Origin: Macrostomum lignano
Taxonomy: Eukaryota
NCBI GenBank assembly: GCA_002269645.1
Contig: NIVC01002417.1
Location: 1 to 64,000 of the forward strand
Reading direction: 5' to 3'
Length of the DNA: 64,000 bases
Shown here one piece after another: positions 1-12,300 of this stretch (positions are counted from its first letter, which is position 1; every line of letters starts with the position of its first letter). The notes beneath the pieces are model-generated. The model did not search any database, was not told the origin of the DNA, and saw nothing but the letters and a program-made list of their open reading frames with translations. Position numbers and translations under genes: made by a program.

Positions 1-1396
1 GATCTGATCAAGTACGCGGCCTCGACCGAGGGCCTCAGTGTCACACTGAAGGGCAGCGCTTATAGAATTTAGTCAGTGCTGCCGTTGAACAGTCGATTCG
101 GCAGTGCTCTTGTTTGAGAGTAGGTTCTGGTTTAGGCCAGGGGTTAGGAGTCTTCTCCGTGTCGTTTCGTTCCTCTTCCTCTTCTTCTCAGCTGAGATCT
201 GCTTGCCAGTTGCGTAATCTAATTATTATTGTTAACCGTTATCGTCGTTTTGTCAACTCAGTTATCTGCGCCGCTTTGAACTTGAATCTTGTAACTATTG
301 AATGTGTCAAATTAAACCGTCAAGTCAATTGCTTATTAGCTATTCTTATAGGATTATCACTCCCTAAATCTTTCGGTTCGTGTTCCCTCGTGTTCTTTCT
401 TTTCTTGTACTGTACCTGCGGCTATTGGAGAAAGACTGGTAGGACTCGCCGACCGGCGATAGGCAATTAGGGCCAATAGCTTTAAAATCTCCGAACGCTT
501 CAAGTAGGTTTGTCTAGGGCCTAAATAATTGCTCACCGTGCATGCTGTTTATCTAATTGCCTTTATTTATCACACATGAGTAACATACTAGGATGATGCG
601 TGACGGTATATCGGATGCGTGTTGAATAACAGTTTGTCCAGCTTCTTTTGCACGAAAATAAGAACGCTGGTATTCGAGCATTAAACAAAGTCATACCTTC
701 GTATAGCTTATTGGCTGATCTATTGTACCATGCAACAATTTTCATTGCAACAAAGTATGTAGTTGAATGACTTCAGCGTAGTAGTAACTATGAGACAAGT
801 ACCTTATGTGGTTTTTAATCTATACTTCCTTGAACGATTAATTGTAGTTTATACTTATATTTGAACAGTTTTATTTCCTTTACTCGTATTAGTTGTCAGT
901 CCTTGTGTTGAAATAAACTCTTTCGGATAATAAAGCAAAGGAATGTTTCATGGCACGTATTTCGTTGATTGGAACAATTTTTTTTGTGACATTTATTGCC
1001 TATAGTGATAAGTGACAGGTGTACAGGTTTCACAGGCCAAAAACAATTACGATTATACTCAAATGGAGAGTATTTAGCTTGCCAGAAAAGAGTATATAGT
1101 AGACACTACAAGTTTTAGAACTCACGTTGTCCAAACGGTTACTAACGGCGTTTAGTCCCAGCTTTTAGCGCATACAGAAAAAAGAGAATTATAAAATGGC
1201 GGTAAACTATAAAATGCAAATCCGTACATGTATATATGTAGACCTTTTCAACACAGTTAAAAGTTTTTGTTATCAATACATTACACAGCACGATCATCAG
1301 TTATGAATTTATACTTTCAACGGCATAAGACCATTACAAACACGAATAAACTCAAGAAAATAAGTAAACCGCCACATTATGTTAATAACACGGAGA

Positions 1397-2490
1397 TCAC
1401 CAACACGTTAGCCGTAAAAAAGCGCAGCAGTTTCGCTTCACGTCATTGAATGCCGCTGACAAAGATACTTTTCGTACAGTCAAATCACTGACACAGTAGC
1501 TAGTGCGGCCACAGAATACGTATGCAATATAGTGACCACTATTCACGCGACTACCAATGTGAACGATGAATGCACGAAGCTTGTAGCTTCTGCCACTCAA
1601 AGTAAGCTTCATCTCGATGGACAACTTTAGTGTTCTTCTCGAATAGTACAGTTTGTCCCTTTCTGCGCTTGACAGAGACTCGGCTAATTCCCATGCATAT
1701 GTGCTCCGACGTTGTTGCAAGTGTTTGTGCATAGCTGCACCCCCGACGTCGCAAGTCGGACAACGGATGTCGGTGTGGTCTTGAGTAGAAAACAGTGACT
1801 GTCTAATGAGTGCCGGGAAATCAAGCGAGTCGTCGTGATCAGGATTGATAAACGTAGAATAGTTGCCGTGTCTCTAGGTAGCAGTCGTGTCACTTTGAAA
1901 CAGGCGGAACAACTCAAAGTTGTAGAAATCTACGAAATAAAAAAGATGGATAGGAACAGTACTCATGGTGCAACTGTGAAGACCAACACACAGTGGAAGC
2001 GCGATTGAAAGGTATTCTTTGCCTTCCCATAAGTCAGCAAAGTATATACTGTCTTCGAAGGTAACTTACAAATAAATTTAGATTCAGGATGCAGGCTTAA
2101 ATCACTTTACTAAAACGCATTTAAATAGTCATAAACTTAATAAACCGTTCACCCTTACCTCGCAGCTAAATCGCGGTTTGAGCTCAGAAAGAAACAGCAT
2201 TCCGGTCAGAAACTCTAAGGCACAGTTTTGTGCCATAGGATCCATATGAAATGCTTTACTGCACCACTGAAACGCGGCTGAATGCAGCAACAGAACGTGT
2301 TTGCCTGTCATTAGGCAGTTAAGGAACAGCGCAAGTGGTGAATCTGCATCACACGATAGTGCGCTCGTTAATGTTGCAACCAAGCATTGACTGGCGGCAT
2401 TGAAAGCACAATACGTGCCCGTCGGATTCGGTGGCCCCTCTGGCGACCGTGGCGATAGTGCAGGAAATGACACTGCAGTGTCGGCGCGTC
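1397..2490 (-). pseudogene. Ubiquitin-specific protease (peptidase C19/USP) domain, spliced and frameshifted
   Basis: Cys box GPPNPTGTYCAFNAASQCL and QNCALEFL (ORF 2129-2473). A GT-AG intron at 2158-1930 joins RFSCE to ISTTLSCSACFK. These are followed by CPTC, then SEHICMGISRV...KNTKVV, then the His box YKLRAFIVHIGSRVNSGHYIAYV...VSD. Three frame changes (about 1850, 1745, 1620) are needed to join the pieces. Confidence 0.8.
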
Positions 2491-3083
2491 CTAATAAAAT
2501 TGGCGGTTAGGAACGAATTTACCATCAAAATGTCCCAGTGAACAGCCCAGTCACATCCATTTAACAACAAAAAATGCGCCTCGACGTAAGCAAAAGAAAC
2601 GAAACTTAAAAGTACAAATACTTATGGAAAGCAACATGTTGAATGCTAATTCATGGAAATTAGTAAAACTTAAAAGGGCATAATCGGTGACACGAAAAGC
2701 AAAAAATGATGGAATCATAAACTTTAGATCTCTAATCAGAGAACAATCACGTAACAGAAACGTGCATCATACGGAACATGTTGGATTGTGCAATATAAAT
2801 ACCTGTGCCAGTCGAGACGGAGGAGGCCTACAAAGAGAGTTGATTGATAAGGTTGCACCTTACCCACAAGTTGCTGAGACATGGCACATACATTACTACG
2901 ACAGATCTAGTGGGAGACGCAAATTGTGGCGGAGTGAGTGTACGGCGTATACACAATACGTAAACCAATACAAGGGTTGACTGAAGGTATTTCTAAACTG
3001 AAAAAATGCAATTTCATCACTCACAATTTGCTCATCTGGTAGGCTCTGACAGGTGGTATTCTGTGCTGTTGGTGCAGGTGAAA

Positions 3084-3230
3084 TGCCCGAGCGAGACCCA
3101 CTTGCAGCAGGCGCAGCTAGAGTACAGGTCGTGCGTGCAATAGCAGGCCGAACCTGGACAATGACGGGCTGGCTGCCCGAGCGAGACCCACTTGCAGCAG
3201 GCGCAGCTAGAGTACAGGTCGTGGGTGCAA
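3084..3230. repeat. Two copies of a ~57-bp direct repeat, 90 bp apart, in the region after the transposase ORF
   Basis: tgcccgagcgagacccacttgcagcaggcgcagctagagtacaggtcgtg at 3084 and 3174. It translates twice as TTCTLAAPAASGSRSG in ORF 2896-3504. Confidence 0.9.
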
Positions 3231-3320
3231 CGGCTGGCGGAATTGATAATGCCGATTGAATGAAGCTGGTTCTTTGTCTTTTTGAGGCTCTTGACCTTTT
3301 CCAGGGATCTCCAGGTGGGT

Positions 3321-5231
3321 TTAACGGAGCATCAAAGCCACATTTGCGTCCTCTAGCACGCTTCGGGGGCGAATTGGATGTTGCTCGTGCTGCAACCGCT
3401 TCAGTTGCAGTTTTACGGTTGTTAGTTGCGCACGGACAAATCTTGGTAACCTGAGCCGAGAACTTGGAGAAGGCAGTGCTTCGCTTTTGCCCCAGCTGAA
3501 CCATGATTCAACAGCGGCGTTGGTCACGTGTGCGCTACGATTTCCTCCAAACACTGCCACACTCCAAAGAGGAAACAGTGACATCCACTTTCGCAATACA
3601 ACCTGAACAGCCTGAGGGTAGAAAAGATTGTTCAGCACGCCATTGCCATCGCTTGCTGTCACTTCGCTTGTCAAATCGTTGAAGTACTTCGCAAAAGGTG
3701 ATGAGGCTCGTAGTCCAGTCTCCAATTCAGCCAATGCGACGTCTTCTTGCACTGCATTTGAGACATTAGCAGAATCTTCAGCCACTTGGTTTTCATCAGG
3801 AATCTCCAACGAACTGAAGTCGAACCTACCATGTAGAATTTGTAAAGCCTTCAAAGTGGCAGGACCTACTCGCCTGGAGGTAAACACCTCGACCATTGCC
3901 TTCCAAACAGCTTGGGCGCAACGCAAAGTTTTCGACGTCACTAATAGTGCAAAAGAGAGCATGAACTCGCGATAAGTAACCTTATCGATTTTATCTGGTG
4001 ACTTCAAAGTCCTGGCAACAGCGCGCAGCAAATGCGAGCTACAGATAAACACAACAGGAGATTCAGGTGGCTTCAGATCAGCACTCCGAAGTCGATTGTA
4101 CTGTACACGCAGGTAGTCTGTAACACAGGTCGTACATGCGGCTCGGAGAATACCATGAATGAAAACCCAGCTAAAGTCAGACACGTAGATTTGCGGACCT
4201 TTCTTGGGTAGTTCCCACAGTCCTATGTTGCAGTGACGAGCGAAATCTGCTAAAAAATGCATTAGCCAACTGGACACATTTTCCGAGCGCGTGACCTCCA
4301 TGATGCTTTCTGATACAGCTGTTCTCTTTATATCCGGGGTTGCAACAACAGCACTGCACAGAAGTACAGTGCTCGGCACGTTCTGGGTCTGTCGCACAAT
4401 TCCGCCGGTGGAGTCTAAGTGGAGAGGAGCAAGCTGATTGCCTTTCAGCACGTCGCGAAGCAAATCCAACTGCATGGAGGTATGGAGAATCACACCAACT
4501 GGTGCAACGTCAATCTTTTGGATATAGCCGCTAATGACTCCATCCTCGTTTATAGTCAACTTCCAGTCTTTCATTTGGAGTCTTAAATCTTTTATGTCGT
4601 CTGGAGACTTGTCGTCGGCAGCTTTTGTCCGACTAACAGTTGTACGGACAGCAGATAGAGAGCATGCTTCGCTACCAAACAGCTCGATTGCTTTCACATA
4701 GATCTGCGTTGGCTTGGCAGCAGCGTTGTTGGCCTGAGATAAAACAAAGTTACGGCACTCTTGTGAACCTCGTTGCCACAGATAGCGATAAGAGGAACAA
4801 CTTGATGGAACATCATTCCTCGAGTGCTCTGAGATTCTTCGTAGCGTCAGTGTAGAGGACTGCCCATCAGTCGGCGCCTTGTTTAAGGTGACGACGAATG
4901 CCATACTGCAACCAGAGCCTTCGGCACAGACTAGGCGCATCCAAAGAAAACTGCAGTCCTTCCGATGGCGCTTAAATGCACGCAGTCTAACCTTATTAAC
5001 TGAGAACTGACAATACTCACCATGCTGTCTTAAAAGTAGATAAATGACTTCATCAAACCAAGAAGGCTTAAGTTTACAAGTTCTTGTATCAAAGTGATTC
5101 ACGAAGAGATTAGTTGATATGCATGATTCCACAAAAACAACTCCAGCAGAAAAAACTTGTGCACCAGCAGCACCTGACTGGTCACCGCTAATGGCTTCAG
5201 AAGTGTCGTACACACTTTTCTTCGCTGCCAT
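3321..5231 (-). CDS. Mutator/MULE-superfamily DDE transposase, resembling the NOF-FB-like class (636-aa ORF)
   Basis: MULE catalytic motifs occur in the right order: LHLDSTGG (D1), YVSDFSW (D2), CSSH (CxxH), LFPLWS, and VTNAAVESWF (E). The ORF stops at 3321, but the -1 frame (ORF 2896-3504: DPWKRSRASKRQRTSF) looks like its continuation. A possible 14-nt coding first exon lies at 6370-6357 (MCVQR), joined by a GT-AG intron at 6356-5242 with compatible phase. The NOF-like subclass call comes from motif recall, not from a search. Confidence 0.8.
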   Translation of the reverse strand: MAAKKSVYDTSEAISGDQSGAAGAQVFSAGVVFVESCISTNLFVNHFDTRTCKLKPSWFDEVIYLLLRQHGEYCQFSVNKVRLRAFKRHRKDCSFLWMRLVCAEGSGCSMAFVVTLNKAPTDGQSSTLTLRRISEHSRNDVPSSCSSYRYLWQRGSQECRNFVLSQANNAAAKPTQIYVKAIELFGSEACSLSAVRTTVSRTKAADDKSPDDIKDLRLQMKDWKLTINEDGVISGYIQKIDVAPVGVILHTSMQLDLLRDVLKGNQLAPLHLDSTGGIVRQTQNVPSTVLLCSAVVATPDIKRTAVSESIMEVTRSENVSSWLMHFLADFARHCNIGLWELPKKGPQIYVSDFSWVFIHGILRAACTTCVTDYLRVQYNRLRSADLKPPESPVVFICSSHLLRAVARTLKSPDKIDKVTYREFMLSFALLVTSKTLRCAQAVWKAMVEVFTSRRVGPATLKALQILHGRFDFSSLEIPDENQVAEDSANVSNAVQEDVALAELETGLRASSPFAKYFNDLTSEVTASDGNGVLNNLFYPQAVQVVLRKWMSLFPLWSVAVFGGNRSAHVTNAAVESWFSWGKSEALPSPSSRLRLPRFVRAQLTTVKLQLKRLQHEQHPIRPRSVLEDANVALMLR

Positions 5232-5295
5232 GCAAAGAAGCCTGAAACATGAAACAATGGTATGAATTTGCCATGTTTTCGTTTAGTGTGGCATA

Positions 5296-6345
5296 ATATA
5301 AGTTGGCATGTTGGTATGTAGTTGGTATGTTGGTATGGAGTTGGTATGCAGTTGGCATGCAGTTGGTATGGAGTTGGTATGCAGTTGGCATGCAGTTGGT
5401 ATGGAGTTGGTATGCAGTTGGCATGCAGTTGGTATGGAGTTGGTATGCAGTTGGCATGTTGGTATGGAGTTGGTATGCAGTTGGCATATTGGTATGGAGT
5501 TGGTATGTTGGTATGGAGTTGGTATGCAGTTGGCATACAGTTGGTATGGAGTTGGTATACAGTTGGCATACAGTTGGTATGCAGTTGGCATGTTGGTATG
5601 GAGTTGGTATGCAGTTGGCATGCAGTTGGTATATAGTTGGTATAGAGTTGGTATGCAGTTGGTATGCAGTTGGTATGGAGTTGGTATGGTGTTGGTATGC
5701 AGTTGGCATGTTGGTATGTAGTTGGTATGCAGTTGGCATACAGTTGGTATGGAGTTGGTATGCAGTTAGCATGTTGGTATGGAGTTGGTATGCAGTTGGC
5801 ATGTTGGTATGGAGTTGGTATGCAGTTGGCATACAGTTGGTATGGTGTTGGTATACAGTTGGCATGTTGGAATATAGTTGGTATGGTCGTATGGAGTTGG
5901 TATGCAGTTGGTATGCAGTTGGCATGTTGGAATATAGTTGGTATGGAGTTGGTATGCAGTTGGTATGCAGTTGGCATGTTGGTATATAGTTGGTATAGAG
6001 TTGGTATGCAGTTGGCATGCAGTTGGTATGTAGTTGGTATGCAGTTGGCATGCAGTTGGTATGTAGTTGGTATGCAGTTGGTATGCAGTTGGTATGCAGT
6101 TGGCATGTTGGTATATAGTTGGTATAGAGTTGGTATGCAGTTGGTATGCAGTTGGCATGCAGTTGGTATGTAGTTGGTATGCAGTTGGCATGTTGGTATG
6201 GAGTTGGTATGCAGTTGGTATGGAGTTGGTATGCAGTTGGCATATTGGTATGGAGTTGATATGGTGTTTGTATACAGTTGGTATACAGTTGGTATACAGT
6301 TGGCATGTCAGTATGGAGTTGGTATGCCATTGGTGTGCAGTTGGC
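5296..6345. repeat. Minisatellite of ~10-11-bp variant units (gttggtatgca / gttggcatgca / gttggtatgga)
   Basis: Seen directly. It lies in the putative first intron of the transposase gene and generates the spurious PTAYQLHTN and VGMQLVCSW ORFs. Confidence 0.95.
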
Positions 6346-9300
6346 CATAATCTCACCTCTGGACACACATGTTAGAAGCTGTATTTAAATCTCAGTGTGC
6401 AACTTTTTTATATATAAGGTTGATATATATAAAACCTATATAAACATATTTCTCTGACACTAGTTACTAGATTTCTTAAAAACTATAAACCTTCTATAGG
6501 TATCAGTTTCTAGAACAAAATTTTGATTAATGAATGAATGAAATGGCAAGTTTTTAAAAGCAATTGTAACAAATAATTTAGGGATTTACTTTGGAAAGTC
6601 AGATTGGAGTTAAGACTAATTTTATTTGAGCTTCAACTTACAACAATTTTTAAGCTTACTGGCAAATTTACAATTAGAATTTTAAGAGAAAATAAACCTT
6701 GCCTAAAAGTATAAATCTATACATATTTTTTGTCAAACAAAAGCAAAAATATTTCAAATTATAAGCCTCTTTTCTTGGAGCATGCCAAAAATTCACTTTT
6801 TTTCAAATTTTGCCTTAAGTGATTCTTTTGTTTTATATTTAATGCCCACAATGGCTTTATTATATTCTATCCATATCTTTATCCTTCATTTCTATATAAG
6901 ACTTGATAGGTTTATGTTTCCTGGTTTCTACATTGAAATATTTGTAGTGAACATTATTTTTTTCAAGTAAAGTAAATACTTTTTGATTTATCTAAGCAAA
7001 TATATTGGGAATATAATATAGCCTTAAATAAAAGAGTATACAATTATACACTATGTAGATTTTTTTATTTTTTAAGGCTGGCATGCTAAATCTAACTTCA
7101 CGTGGGCACTTTGAAATAGTAAAATGGAGAAAACAGTTATACCATAGGGTAATCCTCAACCTTGATCATTTTTATACAAAATCTGAAAATGTTGGCAAAT
7201 ATACATATGGCATCTTGATTATTATATTTCCATCTGCATATACATGTTTAGATGTATACATGCATCCAAATTTTGACGAAAAACCCTGATCCATACAACA
7301 CAAATACTTCAGCATTGGAAAAGCAACAGTTTCTCTTTTTAAAAACCTTGCAACCCTAAGTGACAGTGTCACAAATGTCCGAGACAAAACAATATGTTGC
7401 ACGATTTAAAACGGATAGTTTTATTTTCCAATGATTCACTAAAAGCTTGAACTTTTAACTTCAACTAAAATGTACAAATACTTGAGGTTCGTCTCCTTGT
7501 ACGCTTTTAATACCTCAGTGAACTATTTAGCACACTGCAGCTAATCGTTGTACACGATGCATGTGCACGCTACGCGATAAAAGCCATAATTTGAAAGTCT
7601 GGAACGAGTGCACAAAAACAAAATTTCAAAATTAAAACTATGCATGGACTGCTTTATTTCATTAAATATGAATTAGGAAGTGTCCTAGACAAATTTAATG
7701 CTTGTTCCTAACCGTACGACAGAAACTAAAGTGTCTGTAGAAGTGTCTGAATAAGTGTCGGCGAATGTTTCATACGTTATTTTGGTTATAAAGTTATTAT
7801 GTATGTAGAATTCGCTTAAACGAAATATGGTAAACCAGTGTTAACGCATATAATAATTGCTAGAGTTTATTTTGTACTATTTCAGACATGTTTCTTGGTT
7901 ATTTTTCGTTTTTTACTTGTATTTTGTGTTTTATTTTTTGGTACTAGTTCTGGTACTGGTTCTGGTACTGAAAGTATAGACGTGTCGTTTGGCCTTTTCA
8001 TATTGCTTGTTCTGGTTCTAGAACCAGATCCAATTTGTAAAGTATAACTTTTTCTCTCCTTAACTAGAAGGAAGGATATACGTGCTTTAAAGTTGTATTT
8101 ATTGAAAATTTGCAATAGCCATGAAGAAAACTAAAAATGTGCAACGTGAGGCTGTTAAGGCAGTCAAAAAACATTCATCAAAGTTAAATCGTTAGGCCTA
8201 TACTGCTTTTTTTCTCAGAAGATCCGAACCGATTATGGTTCTGGAATCGGTGATATGAAAGGCCTAGTTCTGTTGTTAGTCCATATAGTTCGTCCGTAAA
8301 AACCGAAAAAAATCCATAAAAATACCATATTTAATACAAATTTGTTATTTTCTGATTGATACCTATAGACTTATTTTTATCACTTATGGAATAAATTGAA
8401 TAGCGAATTCCTATACATCAACTTCATACAATACTTGTTTTTTAAATTCCTTACTTACTTTTTGCTTCGTTAGTCGTTAAAGCTCGTTCAAAGTTTCGTA
8501 GATAACATTTAGGCACTCTTTCAAATACTATATTTGTAATGAAATTATAGCTCGATTTTGAATGTTGTACTTTATTTAGAATTTCTTAATTATATATTTA
8601 TTTTATTTATATTATTTTTCATTGCAGTACTAATATTGTAGTAGTATATTCGTACGTTATCAACTTATTGTGTTATTAATTAGTTTATAAGAAATATATT
8701 CAAATTGGAAAGAGCGTCGCGCTAAGACGGTTCGTCGACGGTCAACTCGGAGCCTCTTCACGGCAATCGGTTCTAGAACCAGAATAAATTCGAGTTCTAG
8801 AACCAGAACCAGTGTGAAATGAGGAGCTTCGAACCCATTTTATGTTTGACAGTCTTTACAATTTAATCTTTTCGTTTTTTGACTTTGTGTCCTCTTGGTA
8901 GGGACTTCAGTGAGTTATAAGAAGTGCGTGCCAATGGCAAAAAAGTAAGAAAAAAGTCCAATTTTTCAAGGGCGATTTTAAAGAAACTATAGAAGCCAGG
9001 ATGAAAGTAAAATATGCATTTAAAAGGTAAAAAGGAGCTCTTTCAAATGACACCAACTGCAAGTCTAGCTTTGTTATACTTTTTGCACTGTCTATTTTTA
9101 AAGTTGACCATTTTTTAGGAGGAATATAAAATTGAAGCCAAAATGAATAAAAAAACAGTGGTTCAGAAAATGCTTTTTCTTAGCTGCAATGTGTTTCTTA
9201 TAATGGAAACAAAGGTTTTATAGTGTAAAGGGATAATTTAAAAACATTTTTCTGGTGTTAAAAAAAATTTTTTTTTCTTTTAATGCCCATATGGCTCTAT

Positions 9301-12300
9301 GCAAAATTTCAAATCCAAAATTTTCCATGAAATCCTTTTCCTGCATTGTTTCTCTTTATATTTTTCATTACCTATTGACAATACAAGCACAGTAAAAAAA
9401 ACCGCTTGCCAATAGCTATAGGCGCAAAAATTTTATGGAGGTTTCTTTTTTTGATACGTTTACATGTAAAATACCCATTGAAACGTGTATTTCGTGTTTT
9501 TTGTGAGACTCTGCCTTCCGGCAAACTAGTTCTCTGTGTCATTTAACTAATTCTGCTATGCTGAACACGATAGGCAAAACCGTTTTTTAATAAACCCATG
9601 CGCAAAGCCTGTACAGCACATTACATTGCAGTTGGGGTGTCTGTCATGCATTAAAAATTTAGGGCAAGAAGTAGAATAGTATTATAGTAGGTAAAAACCT
9701 GAACAAAATGACACTAGCCTTGTATAAATTAAGCAAGCAGAACAGATGCTATTGTATTTTTAAAATTGCAATCATTGCGTATCTGGTTAAAATAGTCAAA
9801 ATTTCATACACCCATCCTGTTTCAATTAGCTTAGCAACTTGGGCATATAAAATAATATTAAAATATATAATTCATACAATTAACACTAAAAAACTGAACA
9901 AAATGACACCAAGCACAGTCATTTTGGTTGGCTAGAAAATTAATTACAAGTGTTCAAAGACAAAAAGCCAACTTTTTGGCCAAAAATGATCACAAACCGT
10001 AATGTAAAAATTCCATTGGCTAAAGGCACAAATCGGGGTTACTAAAATAGCTGTAGTTTCCTTATTACTCAACCAAATCACTAAAGTTTGGCCATTTTGG
10101 AAATGGGAAAGTAAGATCTATCTAGTGAAATAGCAGCCTATAACAATTTCTGAAATTTAATTTTCTCACTGAAGTGCCTACTCTTGGATTTGACAAAAAA
10201 AGGAATAGGCCTAATTATATAACAATAATAAAAAATTGACGATTTCCAATATATTTTACTGTTAAAGTGTAAACATGACAACAGTTCGAGAAAATTTCTC
10301 GAACCATATTCTAGAACCAGAACCAAGAAAATAATTGGCGACCACACCTAGTTTCTATATCCTACTATTAGTACACAGTACACATATGAGCCCAGCATTT
10401 TGAAAATTCAAACAAGACCCAAACCAAACCTTTCTTTACATATTATTGCAAAAATAAACTAGTACGTACTTATGCATAAGGTTCTCCTTCTACTCTTGAT
10501 CTTTTATTAAATACATTGAAGTATACTGGCCAAACAAGCTTCTTGCCTAGGCCAAACTTACTACTAATACTACTACTAGACTAGGCCTACTAGGGCCTAC
10601 TACTACTACAATCAGTTCAAATTTTCTAAGAAAAAACAGCATAACTAGGCCTATTTATTTGACTTTGTTGAATTTTGACTGCTTAACAGCCTCAAGGCTC
10701 AATTAAACATAATTTTTTTACTTTCTTGAAGAAAGTTAAGTTTCTTCTTGGCTAGGCCCCTATTGCCATTTAATAGGCCTAATTACAAATTTATAGCACT
10801 TATAATTAGTTTATAAATCACTTATAAATCTCTTTAGGCCTAGGCCTAGTCTAGTCTAGTTTATGTCTATGAGACAAAAAGTTATATTTTACAAATTGGA
10901 TCTAGTTCTAGAACTAAAACAAGCAAATTCTAGGAAATTCTAAGAAAGTCTAAAAGAAATTCTAATTCTAGGCATTATTTTAGACATTATTAGGGTCTAG
11001 ACATTATTCTAGACATATTTTAAAGAAAATTTATTTTTAATTTTTTTATTTCAGTTTAAATGTACATAATAATAATGTTATAAATTGAGGTCAGGGGGGG
11101 GGTTAAAAGAAACTTCTGGGGCCGTGGGGTTTTAATTCGTTCGTCCCAGCCATTCAAATTGGTGCACTTTGACATTTCAAACAAACTTAAATGAAAACCT
11201 TGGCCTGCAGAAGACGGGGAGCTCTGCTGCTAAGTTCCTCAGGCTCAGGGGGAGGGTAGCTGTGGTCGCGGCTGAGTGGTCTAGTTTTGCCAACATTCAA
11301 ATTCAAAAGGCCAAATGCAGAGATTTGTAGCCAATAAGGGAACTTCAAAATAAGCTAGATTTGTTGAGAGTCTTACTAATAGTAGTAGGTTTCTGCCACC
11401 ATCGCGATTGTGTGCAGAAAAAGCTCTAAAGCTTGAAACTAGCTTGAGTTTGCTCTAGCGCTTCTCAGTAGACCTCTAAGGGTCAAATAAATGCTTCCAA
11501 GGTCACAAAGGCTAAGACATTTTTCACACACAAATATTAACTTGGCCGGAGTAACTAAGTGGCCAGTTGAGCTGGATCTTATTATTGACGGTTATTAAAA
11601 CAATAGTTTCATGTACAGTAGCAATTGACTAACTTTAATCTTAATCGTTAAACTGATGGGCAAGGTGAGGAGCTGGTTGGGTCGGGATGCTGGGCTTATA
11701 GGTAGGGTCCCCTCAAATAGGCATATCTGGAGCTTGGAGTTTGGGACGGGTGAATTCAGATGAGAAGGGGGTTCCAGTCAAGAGTCTGGCTAGAAAGGAA
11801 AGGCGCAGACTCTTAAATGTGCTCTCATGAGCCACTGGGAGAAAAAGGGTGGTTACCCTAGGGCTTGGGTGGGACAGGAGAGATACTAGGTGGGGAGAGA
11901 GGAGGGTACAATGGGTAGTGACAACTAAACATAGGGTGGACCCTAGGGAAAACAATAAAACAAAACATTACGGGAGGTGGGAAGGAAAAATACATTAGGC
12001 AAAAAGCGGATTTCTCACAGGGAATGACGTCATAAAAATGCGCAATTCACTGAGTGAGCAAATCCACTCGGTGAAAACAAACTTTCATTCAGTGGGAGCA
12101 GCAGTGGGAGGCCGCGGCTTCTATATCCCCCAGCAGGCACTACAAAAGTCCCATGTCAGGGCCATCACTGTGAACTGGGCGGGCCGCGGCGTCGCTTGGT
12201 GGCCAGCTGCGAGGTCAGGGTGGTGGCTGGCATGGCAGCTTGTCTGGTGCTCAGCTTACCATGCAAGTTGCTGGAGCTCGCCTGGGCGACCCTGTCGCAA

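Larger units (their letters stand above)
500..6420 (-). mobile_element. Probable Mutator/NOF-like DNA transposon carrying transposase plus USP cargo; ends not identified, coordinates approximate
   Basis: Transposase and USP are co-oriented within about 1 kb. A TATA-like TATATAAAAA lies on the minus strand at 6404-6415. No TIR or TSD could be found by eye. Confidence 0.45.

Noticed and set aside
1-72. Possible end of a coding exon (DLIKYAASTEGLSVTLKGSAYRI*)
   Set aside because: Too short and truncated by the window edge to support a call.
5296-6345. Minisatellite as the Foldback (FB) arm of an FB-NOF-like element
   Set aside because: No inverted partner array downstream of the USP within the window, and it fits better as the content of a GT-AG intron (6356-5242).
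5099-6375. Long ORFs (up to 389 aa) of PTAYQLHTN / VGMQLVCSW repeats
   Set aside because: They are translations of the 10-11-bp minisatellite, open in many frames on both strands.
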